Positions 49,511-58,561 of a DNA stretch of 64,000 nucleotides are shown here, piece after piece; within the stretch, counting starts at the first letter, position 1, and the number at the start of each line of letters is the position of its first letter. The notes under the pieces are model-generated. The model was not told the DNA's origin and searched no databases. It was given only the letters and a program-made list of their open reading frames with translations. This DNA is from Spirochaetia bacterium. GTDB taxonomy: Bacteria; Spirochaetota; Spirochaetia; DSM-2461. Location of the stretch: contig OY764216.1 in NCBI GenBank assembly GCA_963668315.1, positions 4,128,001 through 4,192,000 of the forward strand, in the 5' to 3' direction. A program made the position numbers and the translations under genes.

Positions 49511-49542
49511 ATAATAATTCCTAGACCTTACTCGAGGTCAAG
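49511..49542 (-). promoter_or_regulatory. MerR-type promoter (site B)
   Basis: Minus-strand TTGACC-TCGAGTAAGGTCTAGGAAT(19)-TATTAT. Confidence 0.8.
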
Positions 49543-49607
49543 GTTTTTTTCATTTTTTTTGATATTTTCTTCAACAATGCCATGCCTCTCACAGTCGAAG
49601 GAAAAAA

Positions 49608-50522
49608 TCACCTGCCAAGCGGCCTGTCTCTGGCGACGATCAATTCGGGGCGGTACTCGAAATGCATGTTGTCCCATATGGGCCATTTCCCGCCCCAGAT
49701 GAATCCTTCCTCTTCAAAAATATCAATGACAGCTTCCGGAGGCATCCAGCGATCCGTCAGGGGAAGAAGCATCCAGCGGTCGTTTCCCCTGTTCTTTTCC
49801 CATAACCAGTAAATCGATCTCCCCTCAAGGTCCTTCGGCTGAAGATCAACGGCCAGCCCCATGCTGTGAAATGATTTTCCCTGCGTATCGGATATCTGTC
49901 TCCACGAATAACCGCCGGCGCTTCCCAGAGAATCAATAAAGGCCTCCACCCTTTCATCGGACCGGGCGGCCAGACGTATTTTGCGTTCCGCCCCATTAAG
50001 GGGTCCGAGGATTCTCTCATGAACCCGTACGGAAAGCCCGAGAAAGCTTGTATTCACGATATGGCTCTCCACATCTTCCCTTGAGCGGGAATCATAGATA
50101 GCGTCAAAAAAGGCCGTATTGGAAACGGGAGCCCTCCTTCGGTTATCCGTATCACCGAACCGGGTCACCCTTTCAAGCATTTCGTCCGACAGAGTCTCCG
50201 GATCCATCAGCTTAAGAGGAAAGGGATAAATCAGCATTCGGTAGCTGTCCCTGTTCCCGAGGAGGTTTTCCGGAATAAACCTTCCTTCGGCCCGGATCAG
50301 TTCCGTGTATCCGCCGCCCGAAGTAATCCCGACTCTCCAGTCTTCCAGGGTGCGGTCGTACTCTCCTTCGAAAAACACATCGGGATAAGCCTCTGAGAGA
50401 ATATCCAACTCGGGAAAACTATCGGAGACCGTCTCTCCCCGGAGAACCGGCGTAACGGAGGACAGGAGGGCCATGAAGAAAAAGCCGCCTATCCCTAATA
50501 TCCTATTTCTGTTTCCTGTCAT
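49608..50522 (-). CDS. M15 family metallopeptidase (peptidoglycan peptidase-like), exported
   Basis: YSWRQI, SFHSMGLAVD (SxHxxGxAxD), GFIWGGKW..WDNMHFEYRPE. Confidence 0.85.
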   Translation of the reverse strand: MTGNRNRILGIGGFFFMALLSSVTPVLRGETVSDSFPELDILSEAYPDVFFEGEYDRTLEDWRVGITSGGGYTELIRAEGRFIPENLLGNRDSYRMLIYPFPLKLMDPETLSDEMLERVTRFGDTDNRRRAPVSNTAFFDAIYDSRSREDVESHIVNTSFLGLSVRVHERILGPLNGAERKIRLAARSDERVEAFIDSLGSAGGYSWRQISDTQGKSFHSMGLAVDLQPKDLEGRSIYWLWEKNRGNDRWMLLPLTDRWMPPEAVIDIFEEEGFIWGGKWPIWDNMHFEYRPELIVARDRPLGR

Positions 50523-50588
50523 CTTATCTCCCGTAAACAACAGCTTTTCTGCCAGTTATGATTGTAAGTCTAACCTACGATACTTAAC

Positions 50589-50620
50589 AATTTAGAACAT
50601 AGACTATACTCCAGGTCAAG
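50589..50620 (-). promoter_or_regulatory. MerR-type promoter (site C)
   Basis: Minus-strand TTGACC-TGGAGTATAGTCTATGTTC(19)-TAAATT. Confidence 0.75.
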
Positions 50621-50665
50621 GTTTTTCCCCGATTATAAACATTACATTTTTATAATCTTTCCACA

Positions 50666-50697
50666 CTTGACCTAGAGTAAGCTCTATATTTTATGGT
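50666..50697 (+). promoter_or_regulatory. MerR-type promoter (site D)
   Basis: TTGACC-TAGAGTAAGCTCTATATTT(19)-TATGGT. Confidence 0.8.
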
Positions 50698-50731
50698 TTA
50701 GACAGAAATGGTCAAAAGGAGACTTATCAAT

Positions 50732-51208
50732 ATGAAGAAAATGATATTAACAGCCTTATTTTTACTCATAGCAGCCGCTTTTCTCTTCTCTGAGGATAAA
50801 CTGCTGATGGATCTTACCGTTAATTTCGGTTATGACGGGAAACCCTACGATCTCCACTTGTATGACAACGACACAGCCGTAGCCATCGCCCGCCATGTGG
50901 GCAGCAGAGACTGGCAGCTTCCCATCGTCGGTTTTGACGGCTTTGATAATAGCGACGTCATGCACTATTATGATGTGCCGAGCCGTTACATCATACCCTC
51001 GAAAACGGAAAGGATCACATCGGAAAAGGCGGGGGAAGTCTATTACTCCCACCCCAACCGGCTGGTACTCTTTTTTCATGACGCGAACGTCCCGGCCGAT
51101 TATGTTAAAATCGGCTACTTTGACGCCACCGGCGACTTTATCAGGGCGGTGGAGGAGAATCCCGTACTCGATTACTGGAACTGCATGATCCTTAAAGTTA
51201 AAAGGTAG
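50732..51208 (+). CDS. Cyclophilin-like fold protein with signal peptide
   Basis: LYDNDTA...KAGEVYYSHPNRLVLFF...YVKIG pattern; ATG 50732 with AGGAG RBS. Confidence 0.65.
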   Translation: MKKMILTALFLLIAAAFLFSEDKLLMDLTVNFGYDGKPYDLHLYDNDTAVAIARHVGSRDWQLPIVGFDGFDNSDVMHYYDVPSRYIIPSKTERITSEKAGEVYYSHPNRLVLFFHDANVPADYVKIGYFDATGDFIRAVEENPVLDYWNCMILKVKR

Positions 51209-51211
51209 ACT

Positions 51212-52315
51212 ATGAAGGGATCAGTCGGTTTTCTGATACTCCTTCTCTTCGGTTTCCCCTTTTTTCTGAGTCCTTCCGGTCTTGACGAACCTTCCCTGTC
51301 CCTGAACCGTAACAGCCGAAGCGAAGGGCCGGCCGGAAAGGAAGGAAATGAAATGATAAGCCCCGATTCATCGATCGGAAAGATCAAAAACGGTTTTTCC
51401 GCCGTACGCTATGAAGGGGATTACGGATTCGATGCCTTTCTCAATCAGGGGGGAGCCGCTTCCGACAGGGAGGTCCTCGCTTTTCTGAGGGGAAACCTCC
51501 TGGCCGGCGCCGACGGTCTGAGCTTCGATGGCGGCCAGTTCGGATGCAGCACCATTTCCGTCCCCTCCCCAGAGGGGGGATTCTACTTCGGGAGAAATTT
51601 CGACTGGCAGAAATGCGACATCATGGTCATTGAGTCGGTTCCCCCCCGGGGATACAGATCCATCTCCACGGTCAATCTTGACTTCATCCGTCAGGCAACC
51701 CGGGGAGCCATGGCTTTTCTGCCCGACCGGGTTCTCACCATAGCGGGTCTCTATGCTCCCCTTGACGGGATGAACGAAAAAGGCCTCTGTGTCGCCGTGA
51801 ATATGATAGAGGACTATGAATCCCCGGATCAGGATTCGGGCAGACCGGATATCACCACGACCACCGCCATAAGGCTCCTTCTGGACAGGGCAGCCGATGT
51901 GGAAGAGGCTCTGGAACTTCTGGCTTCCTACGATTTCCATGCCTCCTTCGGCTATGTGGTACATTTTGCCCTGGCCGATGGGGCAGGCAACCGTGCCGTC
52001 GTAGAGTACGTTCACAACGAAATGACCGTGATAGACAGCCCCATATTGACGAATTTCTATCTGTCCGACGGGGATAAACAGGGGGTCGGTTCACGCCAGT
52101 CCCACCGGCGCTTCGAAATACTGGCGGAAGTTTCTGAAGAGGAAACCCCCATGACCGGAAATGAAGTCAGGGATGTACTCAGCAGCGTGAGCAAAAAGAA
52201 TTTTGAAGAGTTTCTTTCCACGGAATGGAGTATCGTCTTTGATCAGAGAAATCTGATCGCACAGTATTATCACCGGGAAGACTACAGCCACAGTTATACC
52301 TTCACCCTGCCCTGA
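51212..52315 (+). CDS. Ntn-hydrolase (choloylglycine hydrolase / peptidase C45-C59-like) with N-terminal leader
   Basis: G|CSTI putative autoprocessing site, YFGRNFDW, DGMNEKGL, LTNF, TEWSIVFD. Confidence 0.8.
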   Translation: MKGSVGFLILLLFGFPFFLSPSGLDEPSLSLNRNSRSEGPAGKEGNEMISPDSSIGKIKNGFSAVRYEGDYGFDAFLNQGGAASDREVLAFLRGNLLAGADGLSFDGGQFGCSTISVPSPEGGFYFGRNFDWQKCDIMVIESVPPRGYRSISTVNLDFIRQATRGAMAFLPDRVLTIAGLYAPLDGMNEKGLCVAVNMIEDYESPDQDSGRPDITTTTAIRLLLDRAADVEEALELLASYDFHASFGYVVHFALADGAGNRAVVEYVHNEMTVIDSPILTNFYLSDGDKQGVGSRQSHRRFEILAEVSEEETPMTGNEVRDVLSSVSKKNFEEFLSTEWSIVFDQRNLIAQYYHREDYSHSYTFTLP

Positions 52316-52342
52316 CGGCAGAAAGAGAAAGAGAGAGGACCG

Positions 52343-53701
52343 TTGAAATATTTATATCTGCTATCAAATCTGTTCCTTCTTAAGGGAAATATGAAAAAAG
52401 ACAGAAAAGGGATAGAAGAGCTTCAGGAGAAAAAACTGAGAAAACTCCTGAGACATGCTTATACCCAATCCCCTTTCTATCGAAAGAGCTTTCAGGAGAA
52501 GGGAATCACCGAAGAAAATATTGATTCTCTGCCCCTGGACATTTTTCCGACCCTGAATAAGAGCACCTTTCTGGAAAACTTCGGGGAGATTGTCACCTCC
52601 GAAGACCTGAAGCAGGAAGATCTGCGCCTTTTCGATGAAGACCCTTCCAACGAAGGCCGGACATTCAGGGACAGATATCACCTGGTCCACTCCTCGGGAA
52701 GCACGGGAACCCCCCGATATTTCGTGTATGACGAAGAAGCGTGGGATCAGATGCTCCTGGGCATCATACGGGCGGCCCTCTGGGACCTTTCCATTCCGGG
52801 CATGGTCAGACTCCTCTCAAAGGGGATCAGAATTCTCTATATTGCCGCCGTGAAGGGTCGCTACGGCGGAGCGATGGCGGTCGGCGGCGGTGTGGACGGC
52901 CTCAAGGGAAAGCGCCTCTTCATAGACGTGAATACCCCCCTTCACGAATGGGAGGGAAAAATCGATGAATTCAACCCGAACATTATCATCGGATATCCCT
53001 CGGCCCTCAAAATACTGGCGGAACTGACCGAAAAGGGAGACGTGGCCCTCGATGCGGCAAGGGTGATTTCCTGCGGAGAACCGCTCAGTCCCGGGATGAG
53101 ACGTTTTTTTGAGAAAGTCTTCTGCGACAGAGTGGTCAATGTTTACGGAGCGAGCGAATCTCTGGCACTGGGTGTGGAGATTGACAGCACGGACGGTATG
53201 TATCTGTTCGATGACCTGAACATCATAGAAGTGGAAGAGGACAAAATATATCTCACCTCTCTATACAACTTTACCCAGCCCCTGATCCGCTATGAAATAT
53301 CCGATAAACTGGTTCTCCAAGATGAGCCCCGCAGCAAGGCCGGCCCCTTCACCAGGGCCCATGTTCTCCTGAGCCGCAATGAGGATATTCTCTGGTTCGA
53401 GTGCGGGAACCGCCACCGGGATTTTCTCCATCCCCTCGCCATTGAAGGGTTCTGCCTGGAAGGTCTCATAGACTTTCAGTTCCGCCAGACCGGAAAGGAC
53501 AGTTTCGAAATGCTGGCCCAGGTTCCCGACGTAGACAAACGTCCCGCCGTGGAGGCCGAAATGAAAGCGCAGATGGAGGGTATCCTCAGAGAGAAGGGAC
53601 TGAATTATGTCGATTTTTCCCTTCGTTTCATAGATGAGATATTTCCCGATATCCATACGGGTAAAAAATCCCTGATCCTGGGAAATGTACGGAGCGTGTG
53701 A
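52343..53701 (+). CDS. Phenylacetate-CoA ligase (PaaK)-like adenylate-forming enzyme
   Basis: HSSGSTGTP, GYPSAL, CGEPL, NVYGASE, QPLIRYEISD, TGKK. Confidence 0.85.
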   Translation: MKYLYLLSNLFLLKGNMKKDRKGIEELQEKKLRKLLRHAYTQSPFYRKSFQEKGITEENIDSLPLDIFPTLNKSTFLENFGEIVTSEDLKQEDLRLFDEDPSNEGRTFRDRYHLVHSSGSTGTPRYFVYDEEAWDQMLLGIIRAALWDLSIPGMVRLLSKGIRILYIAAVKGRYGGAMAVGGGVDGLKGKRLFIDVNTPLHEWEGKIDEFNPNIIIGYPSALKILAELTEKGDVALDAARVISCGEPLSPGMRRFFEKVFCDRVVNVYGASESLALGVEIDSTDGMYLFDDLNIIEVEEDKIYLTSLYNFTQPLIRYEISDKLVLQDEPRSKAGPFTRAHVLLSRNEDILWFECGNRHRDFLHPLAIEGFCLEGLIDFQFRQTGKDSFEMLAQVPDVDKRPAVEAEMKAQMEGILREKGLNYVDFSLRFIDEIFPDIHTGKKSLILGNVRSV

Positions 53702-54462
53702 TGAAAGAGATACTGCTGAGCGGAAAAAAAGTCTGTAAAACCTTTACACAGGGAGACAGAGATGTACCTGTCCTGAGAGAGATCGATGTGGATATCTACA
53801 AGGGGGACTTTACCATTATCATGGGCCCTTCGGGCGCCGGTAAATCCACTCTTCTCTATGCCCTGAGCGGCATGGAGAAAATCACCGGGGGGCAGATTTT
53901 CTATAAAAACGATGAGATAAGCCGCTACGGGGAGAAAAAGATGGCCGCTCTCCGGGCGGAGGAATTCGGCTTCGTCTTCCAGCAGACCCATCTCATCAGC
54001 AATCTGACTCTCCTGGAAAACGTGGCCGTCGCCGGCTATCTTGATAGAAACAGAACAGAGAAAGAGGTGAATACCCGGGCTAAGGAACTGCTTGGGATGA
54101 TGAACGTGGGGGAAGCGGAAAACCGCCTTCCCGGCCGGACATCCGGGGGTGAGGCCCAGAGAGCGGCCATTGCCCGGTCTATTATCAACAACCCGGGCCT
54201 TCTCTTCGCCGATGAGCCCACGGGAGCCCTCAACCGCAGTAATTCCGACGGCGTTTTCGACCTTCTGACGAAACTCCATGAATCCTCCCAGAGCATCCTT
54301 TTAGTGACCCATGACCTCCGTGCGGCAGTCCGCGGCACGAGGCTCCTCTATCTCGAAGACGGAAAAATCCTCGATGAGCTCTCTCTCCGCCCCTTTCTTC
54401 CGGAAGAAGAGAAGGAACGGAGCGAGCAGATAAGCCGGTGGTTATCCGGGCTTTCCTGGTAG
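53698..54462 (+). CDS. ABC transporter ATP-binding protein (LolD/MacB-like)
   Basis: GPSGAGKST Walker A, TSGGEAQRAAIAR, LFADEPTGAL. Confidence 0.95.
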   Translation: MMKEILLSGKKVCKTFTQGDRDVPVLREIDVDIYKGDFTIIMGPSGAGKSTLLYALSGMEKITGGQIFYKNDEISRYGEKKMAALRAEEFGFVFQQTHLISNLTLLENVAVAGYLDRNRTEKEVNTRAKELLGMMNVGEAENRLPGRTSGGEAQRAAIARSIINNPGLLFADEPTGALNRSNSDGVFDLLTKLHESSQSILLVTHDLRAAVRGTRLLYLEDGKILDELSLRPFLPEEEKERSEQISRWLSGLSW

Positions 54463-54474
54463 GGAGGGACGACT

Positions 54475-56820
54475 ATGCGTGACTGGACAATAATCAAAGC
54501 GAATCTGAAACGTCACAGGGGCAGTCTGGGGGGAGTCTTCTTCCTTATGCTGATTGTAACAGCCTCCCTGGGCGCCGTCCTGACAGTACAGACCAATTCC
54601 CGCCATTATATCTATGACGAGATGAACCGTCTCGGCTACGGAGACCTGACCGTGTGGGCGTCGAAAGTTCCCGCGGTAGAGTCCCTCGAAGGGGAAATCG
54701 AAGATCTTCCCGAAGTGGATTCCGTCGGCAGCCAGGCCATTGTCTATGCCCATTATGAACTGCTCGATCAGGAATCCGACAGCGAAGGACAGCTGATAAC
54801 CTACGCCCCGGAGGAGTACGCCTACCGTTTTTTTACCGGTGACCTCACCGGATACACCCCTCCTCCCGGGACGATCCCGCGGGGCGATATTTACGTGTCA
54901 CCCTCCCTGGTATCCATGTTCGGTGCGGCCATAGGCGATGAGATTCATATAATAGCCGCCCGTAACGGAGTCACCCTGTCCTTTGTCATCAGGGGGTTCT
55001 TCGAAGATCCCTATATGGGAAGCACCATGATAGGAATGAAGAGCTTCCTTATCGGGGACGAGGATCACAGGGAACTGGCCCGTCTTTCCCGGGAGGCCGG
55101 GATCGATTCCCTGGCCCGGGAGGGAGCCATGCTCCATATTACCCGCAGCCCTGAAAGCTCCCTGCCCGCCGCCGCTCTGAACGGCCTTCTCAACAGCAGG
55201 ACCTCTCTGCCGCGGTACACGGAGTTCGTCCACAGCCGGGAGGTTCTGGCCGGCTTCATGCTTCTTCTTCAGAATATTTTCTCCGGCCTGATTCTGGCCT
55301 TCGTGCTTATCCTGCTCACGGCGACGGTCATTGTCATGGGCCATGCTCTGGGCAGCACCATAGAGCAGGATACGGCCCAACTGGGAATTCTCAAAACCGC
55401 GGGCTACACCGGGCGAAGACTGCGGAACCAGCAGATATTCCAGTATGCCCTTCCCGTGGTCCTGGGGAGTCTGGCCGGATGCGTCCTCTCCCCCCTTGTA
55501 TCGCAGGAAGTTTCGCGGATGACCCTCACCACAACGGGAGTTCTGATTCCCTGGGATCTGCCCCTGGGGCCCTTCCTCGCGGGATTCCTTGTCATCCTGC
55601 TGATTCTCCTGGGGTTCATCCATCTTAGGACCAGACCGGTACTGGATATCGATCCGGTTTCGGCCATGCAGAAGGGAATTGACGGATACGGGGGAAAATC
55701 CTCTTCCCCCGTGAAAAAAGCAGGAATACGGTTCTGGATGGCCCTGCGTCAGCTCCAATCGGGCAAAAAACACTATGTGAGTGCCCTGCTCATAGCCCTT
55801 CTTCTGGTATTCTTCGCGTCTCTCATAGGCCGGATGAACGCCTGGCTGGGACCGAACGGAGAGGGACTTATGGACGCCTTCAACCCGGCGGATCACGATC
55901 TGGGGGTCCAGATATTCAGCGATCTGAGCCGGGAAGACGTGGAATCGGTCATTACCGGCTTCAGTCCCATAACCGATCAGTACGAGCTGGCCATGGAGAG
56001 CGTAGCCCTGAACGGAGTGGATTACACGGCCAATATCATCACCGATCCGGAACGCTTCCATATTCTGCGGGGAAGAGCGCCCACAGGGGATGACGAGGTT
56101 GTTCTGACGGAGTTTCTCGCTTCCGACCTGGGCCTTTCAATCGGGGACAAAGTGACCCTTTCCGCCGCATCGGGCTCGGATGAATTTGTTATTACCGGCT
56201 TCTACCAGTGCGCCAACGATATGGGGGATAACTTCGGACTGAGCCGGGAGGGATATCTGAAGATCGCCCCCGACGACAGACGCATCTGGTGCGTCCACTA
56301 TTTTCTGGAGGATTCGTCCAGAAGGATCGAGGCGATGGAGAAACTGGAGGAACTCTACAAGGTGGATATCCACGTCCATGAAAACGCCTGGCCCGGTCTC
56401 TACGGAATCATCGCCTCCATGAGAAATCTTATGCTTTTCATGTATGTCACTGCGGCTCTGGTGATTCTTACCGCCCTATCCCTGAGCGGAAGCAAAATCC
56501 TTGCCCGGGAGCAGCGCGATCTGACCATCTACCGGGCCCTGGGATATACCGTCGGAGGTTTGCGGGGCTCCTTTACCCTGCGCTTCCTTCTTGTTTCCGC
56601 GGCAGGCGCCCTGGCCGGGACCCTTCTGAGTTCCCTTTTTACCGATCCCCTGGTCGATCAGGTTATGCGGACAAGCGGCATCAGCGGCTTCTCCTCCCAT
56701 CCGGAGGGAGCGGCCCTGTTGTTTCCCCCCGCCGCCATTATTCTCCTCTTTACCCTCTTTGCCTATCTGATATCGGGCCGGATAAGCCGGATGGAACTGG
56801 CCTCCCTGATCGGGGAATAG
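54475..56820 (+). CDS. ABC transporter permease (two FtsX-like domains)
   Basis: Duplicated FtsX patterns (LGILKTAGYT, LTIYRALGYT) with large extracytoplasmic loops. Confidence 0.88.
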   Translation: MRDWTIIKANLKRHRGSLGGVFFLMLIVTASLGAVLTVQTNSRHYIYDEMNRLGYGDLTVWASKVPAVESLEGEIEDLPEVDSVGSQAIVYAHYELLDQESDSEGQLITYAPEEYAYRFFTGDLTGYTPPPGTIPRGDIYVSPSLVSMFGAAIGDEIHIIAARNGVTLSFVIRGFFEDPYMGSTMIGMKSFLIGDEDHRELARLSREAGIDSLAREGAMLHITRSPESSLPAAALNGLLNSRTSLPRYTEFVHSREVLAGFMLLLQNIFSGLILAFVLILLTATVIVMGHALGSTIEQDTAQLGILKTAGYTGRRLRNQQIFQYALPVVLGSLAGCVLSPLVSQEVSRMTLTTTGVLIPWDLPLGPFLAGFLVILLILLGFIHLRTRPVLDIDPVSAMQKGIDGYGGKSSSPVKKAGIRFWMALRQLQSGKKHYVSALLIALLLVFFASLIGRMNAWLGPNGEGLMDAFNPADHDLGVQIFSDLSREDVESVITGFSPITDQYELAMESVALNGVDYTANIITDPERFHILRGRAPTGDDEVVLTEFLASDLGLSIGDKVTLSAASGSDEFVITGFYQCANDMGDNFGLSREGYLKIAPDDRRIWCVHYFLEDSSRRIEAMEKLEELYKVDIHVHENAWPGLYGIIASMRNLMLFMYVTAALVILTALSLSGSKILAREQRDLTIYRALGYTVGGLRGSFTLRFLLVSAAGALAGTLLSSLFTDPLVDQVMRTSGISGFSSHPEGAALLFPPAAIILLFTLFAYLISGRISRMELASLIGE

Positions 56821-56837
56821 GACCGGGGAGGAACATT

Positions 56838-57464
56838 ATGTTTGAAAATTACCTTATCAAGGGACTGCTCATGGGAATCGCCTTCGGAGTACCCGCCGGA
56901 GCCGTCGGTATCCTGACGATAAAAAACACCCTGGATAGGGGTTTCTTCGCCGGTCTCGTAACGGGCCTGGGATCGTCTGCCGCCGATATGTTTTACGCCT
57001 TCATAACCGTCTTCGGCATATCGGTCCTTTCCGAGTTCCTTCTCTCCTGGCAGACTCCCCTGGGAATCGGAGGAAGCTCTCTGATAATCATCATGGGAAT
57101 TCTGAATATAACGGCAAAGAAGAAAGCCCCCCCATCCCCCGGGTATGAGAAGGCGGGAATGGGCCATTTTATCCCGTCCTTCCTCATCGCCCTTTTGAAT
57201 CCGGCTACCCTGCTCTCCTTTTTCATCGCCTTCGCCGCCTTCGGAATTACGGGACATCTCTCTCCCGGGGAGGGGTTCAAACTCATTCTGGGCATATTAC
57301 TGGGGACATGTTTCTGGTGGATAATACTCAGCGGATCGGTTTCTCTCTTCAGAAAACGGATAACCCCGCTTCTTTACGGAATATTACACCCGATTCTCGG
57401 GACCCTTCTCATTGTCCTGGGAGCGGTGATCATGATTCACTCCATCCATACCCCTCGAGCATAG
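56838..57464 (+). CDS. LysE family translocator
   Basis: GVPAGAVGIL...GLGSSAAD; LIALLNPATL. Confidence 0.85.
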   Translation: MFENYLIKGLLMGIAFGVPAGAVGILTIKNTLDRGFFAGLVTGLGSSAADMFYAFITVFGISVLSEFLLSWQTPLGIGGSSLIIIMGILNITAKKKAPPSPGYEKAGMGHFIPSFLIALLNPATLLSFFIAFAAFGITGHLSPGEGFKLILGILLGTCFWWIILSGSVSLFRKRITPLLYGILHPILGTLLIVLGAVIMIHSIHTPRA

Positions 57465-57514
57465 TTACATATAATAAATAAGTATTGGGCATAATGGCCG
57501 TTTTTTACTATATT
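57448..57514 (+). promoter_or_regulatory. LysR-type promoter module 2
   Basis: ATAC-N7-GCAT, 13 nt, AAATAAGTATTGGGCATA (identical to the reverse complement of 46590-46607), then TATATT 18 nt after TTGGGC. Confidence 0.7.
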
Positions 57515-57600
57515 AGTAGGAAAGAGCGAGGACCCATCGGTTTACAAACAATCTTTTCACGTTTTTTCACAGGCAAATTTCGGGAAAGGGATCATATATG

Positions 57601-57632
57601 CTTGACCTAGAGTAAGCTCAAGCTGTTAAGTT
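57601..57632 (+). promoter_or_regulatory. MerR-type promoter (site E)
   Basis: TTGACC-TAGAGTAAGCTCAAGCTGT(19)-TAAGTT. Confidence 0.8.
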
Positions 57633-57654
57633 ATGAAAAACGAGGTAAAATACA

Positions 57655-58527
57655 ATGGAAATGAGAAAAATTGAACAGGAGATTCTCCAGGGAGAGAGGG
57701 CGCTGTTTCAGCAGGAAAACGTCAGCGTAACCGACTCCATTTTTGAAAACGGAGAATCCCCCCTGAAAGAGTGTCGAAATATCAATGTTTCAAAAAGCGC
57801 CTTCAAATGGAAATATCCCGTCTGGTACAGCAAGGACATCGTTATAAAAAACAGTTCCTGGTTCGAAATGGCCCGGGCCGGTGTCTGGTACACCAATAAC
57901 ATCACCGTGGAAGACAGCGTTATCGAGGCGCCCAAAAACTTCCGCCGCTGCGACGGGGTGAACATGAAAAACGTGAACTTCACCAATGCGGCCGAAACAT
58001 TCTGGAGCTGCCGCAATGTCAAAATGAACAATGTCAGCGCCAAGGGCGACTATTTTGCCATGAACAGTGAGAACCTGACCATCGACGGTCTGAACCTGGT
58101 GGGGGGCTATGCCTTCGACGGGGTGAAGAACATGGAAATCCGCAATGCCAAGATTCTTACGAAGGACGCCTTCTGGAACAGCGAGAACGTGACGGTTTAC
58201 GACTCCTATGTTTCCGGCGAATACCTTGGATGGAACGCGAAAAACCTGACCCTCATCAACTGCACCATAGAGAGCGAGCAGGGTATGTGCTATATCGACA
58301 ATCTGGTAATGAAGAACTGCAAACTCCTCAACACCGATCTCGCCTTTGAGTATTCCACCGTGGAAGCGGATATCAGGGGGCATATCGAAAGCGTGAAGAA
58401 TCCCTCCAGCGGTACGATTAAAGCGGACAGCATCGGGGAAATCATCATGGAGGATGATAAAATCGATCCCTCCAAGACCCGCATCATCTGCGCTTCCAAA
58501 GAGGAAGCCATGAAGGAAGCCATCTGA
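57655..58527 (+). CDS. DUF3737 family protein (beta-helix repeat)
   Basis: GERALF, GESPLKE, WKYPVW, KDAFW, GEYLGW, LNTDLAFEYS, SVKNP. Confidence 0.88.
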   Translation: MEMRKIEQEILQGERALFQQENVSVTDSIFENGESPLKECRNINVSKSAFKWKYPVWYSKDIVIKNSSWFEMARAGVWYTNNITVEDSVIEAPKNFRRCDGVNMKNVNFTNAAETFWSCRNVKMNNVSAKGDYFAMNSENLTIDGLNLVGGYAFDGVKNMEIRNAKILTKDAFWNSENVTVYDSYVSGEYLGWNAKNLTLINCTIESEQGMCYIDNLVMKNCKLLNTDLAFEYSTVEADIRGHIESVKNPSSGTIKADSIGEIIMEDDKIDPSKTRIICASKEEAMKEAI

Positions 58528-58561
58528 TCTACCGGACGGTACAAGCCCAGGGGATGAATTT

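Noticed and set aside
57554..57572. TTTTCAC direct repeat similar to the OmpR-type box at 10386-10405
   Set aside because: The period is 10 rather than 11 bp in T-rich sequence; too weak to call.
57565..57600. GGCAAA...GAAA resembling the start of a c-di-GMP-I riboswitch
   Set aside because: The P1 pairing is poor and the GCAAAGC/P2 stem is absent.
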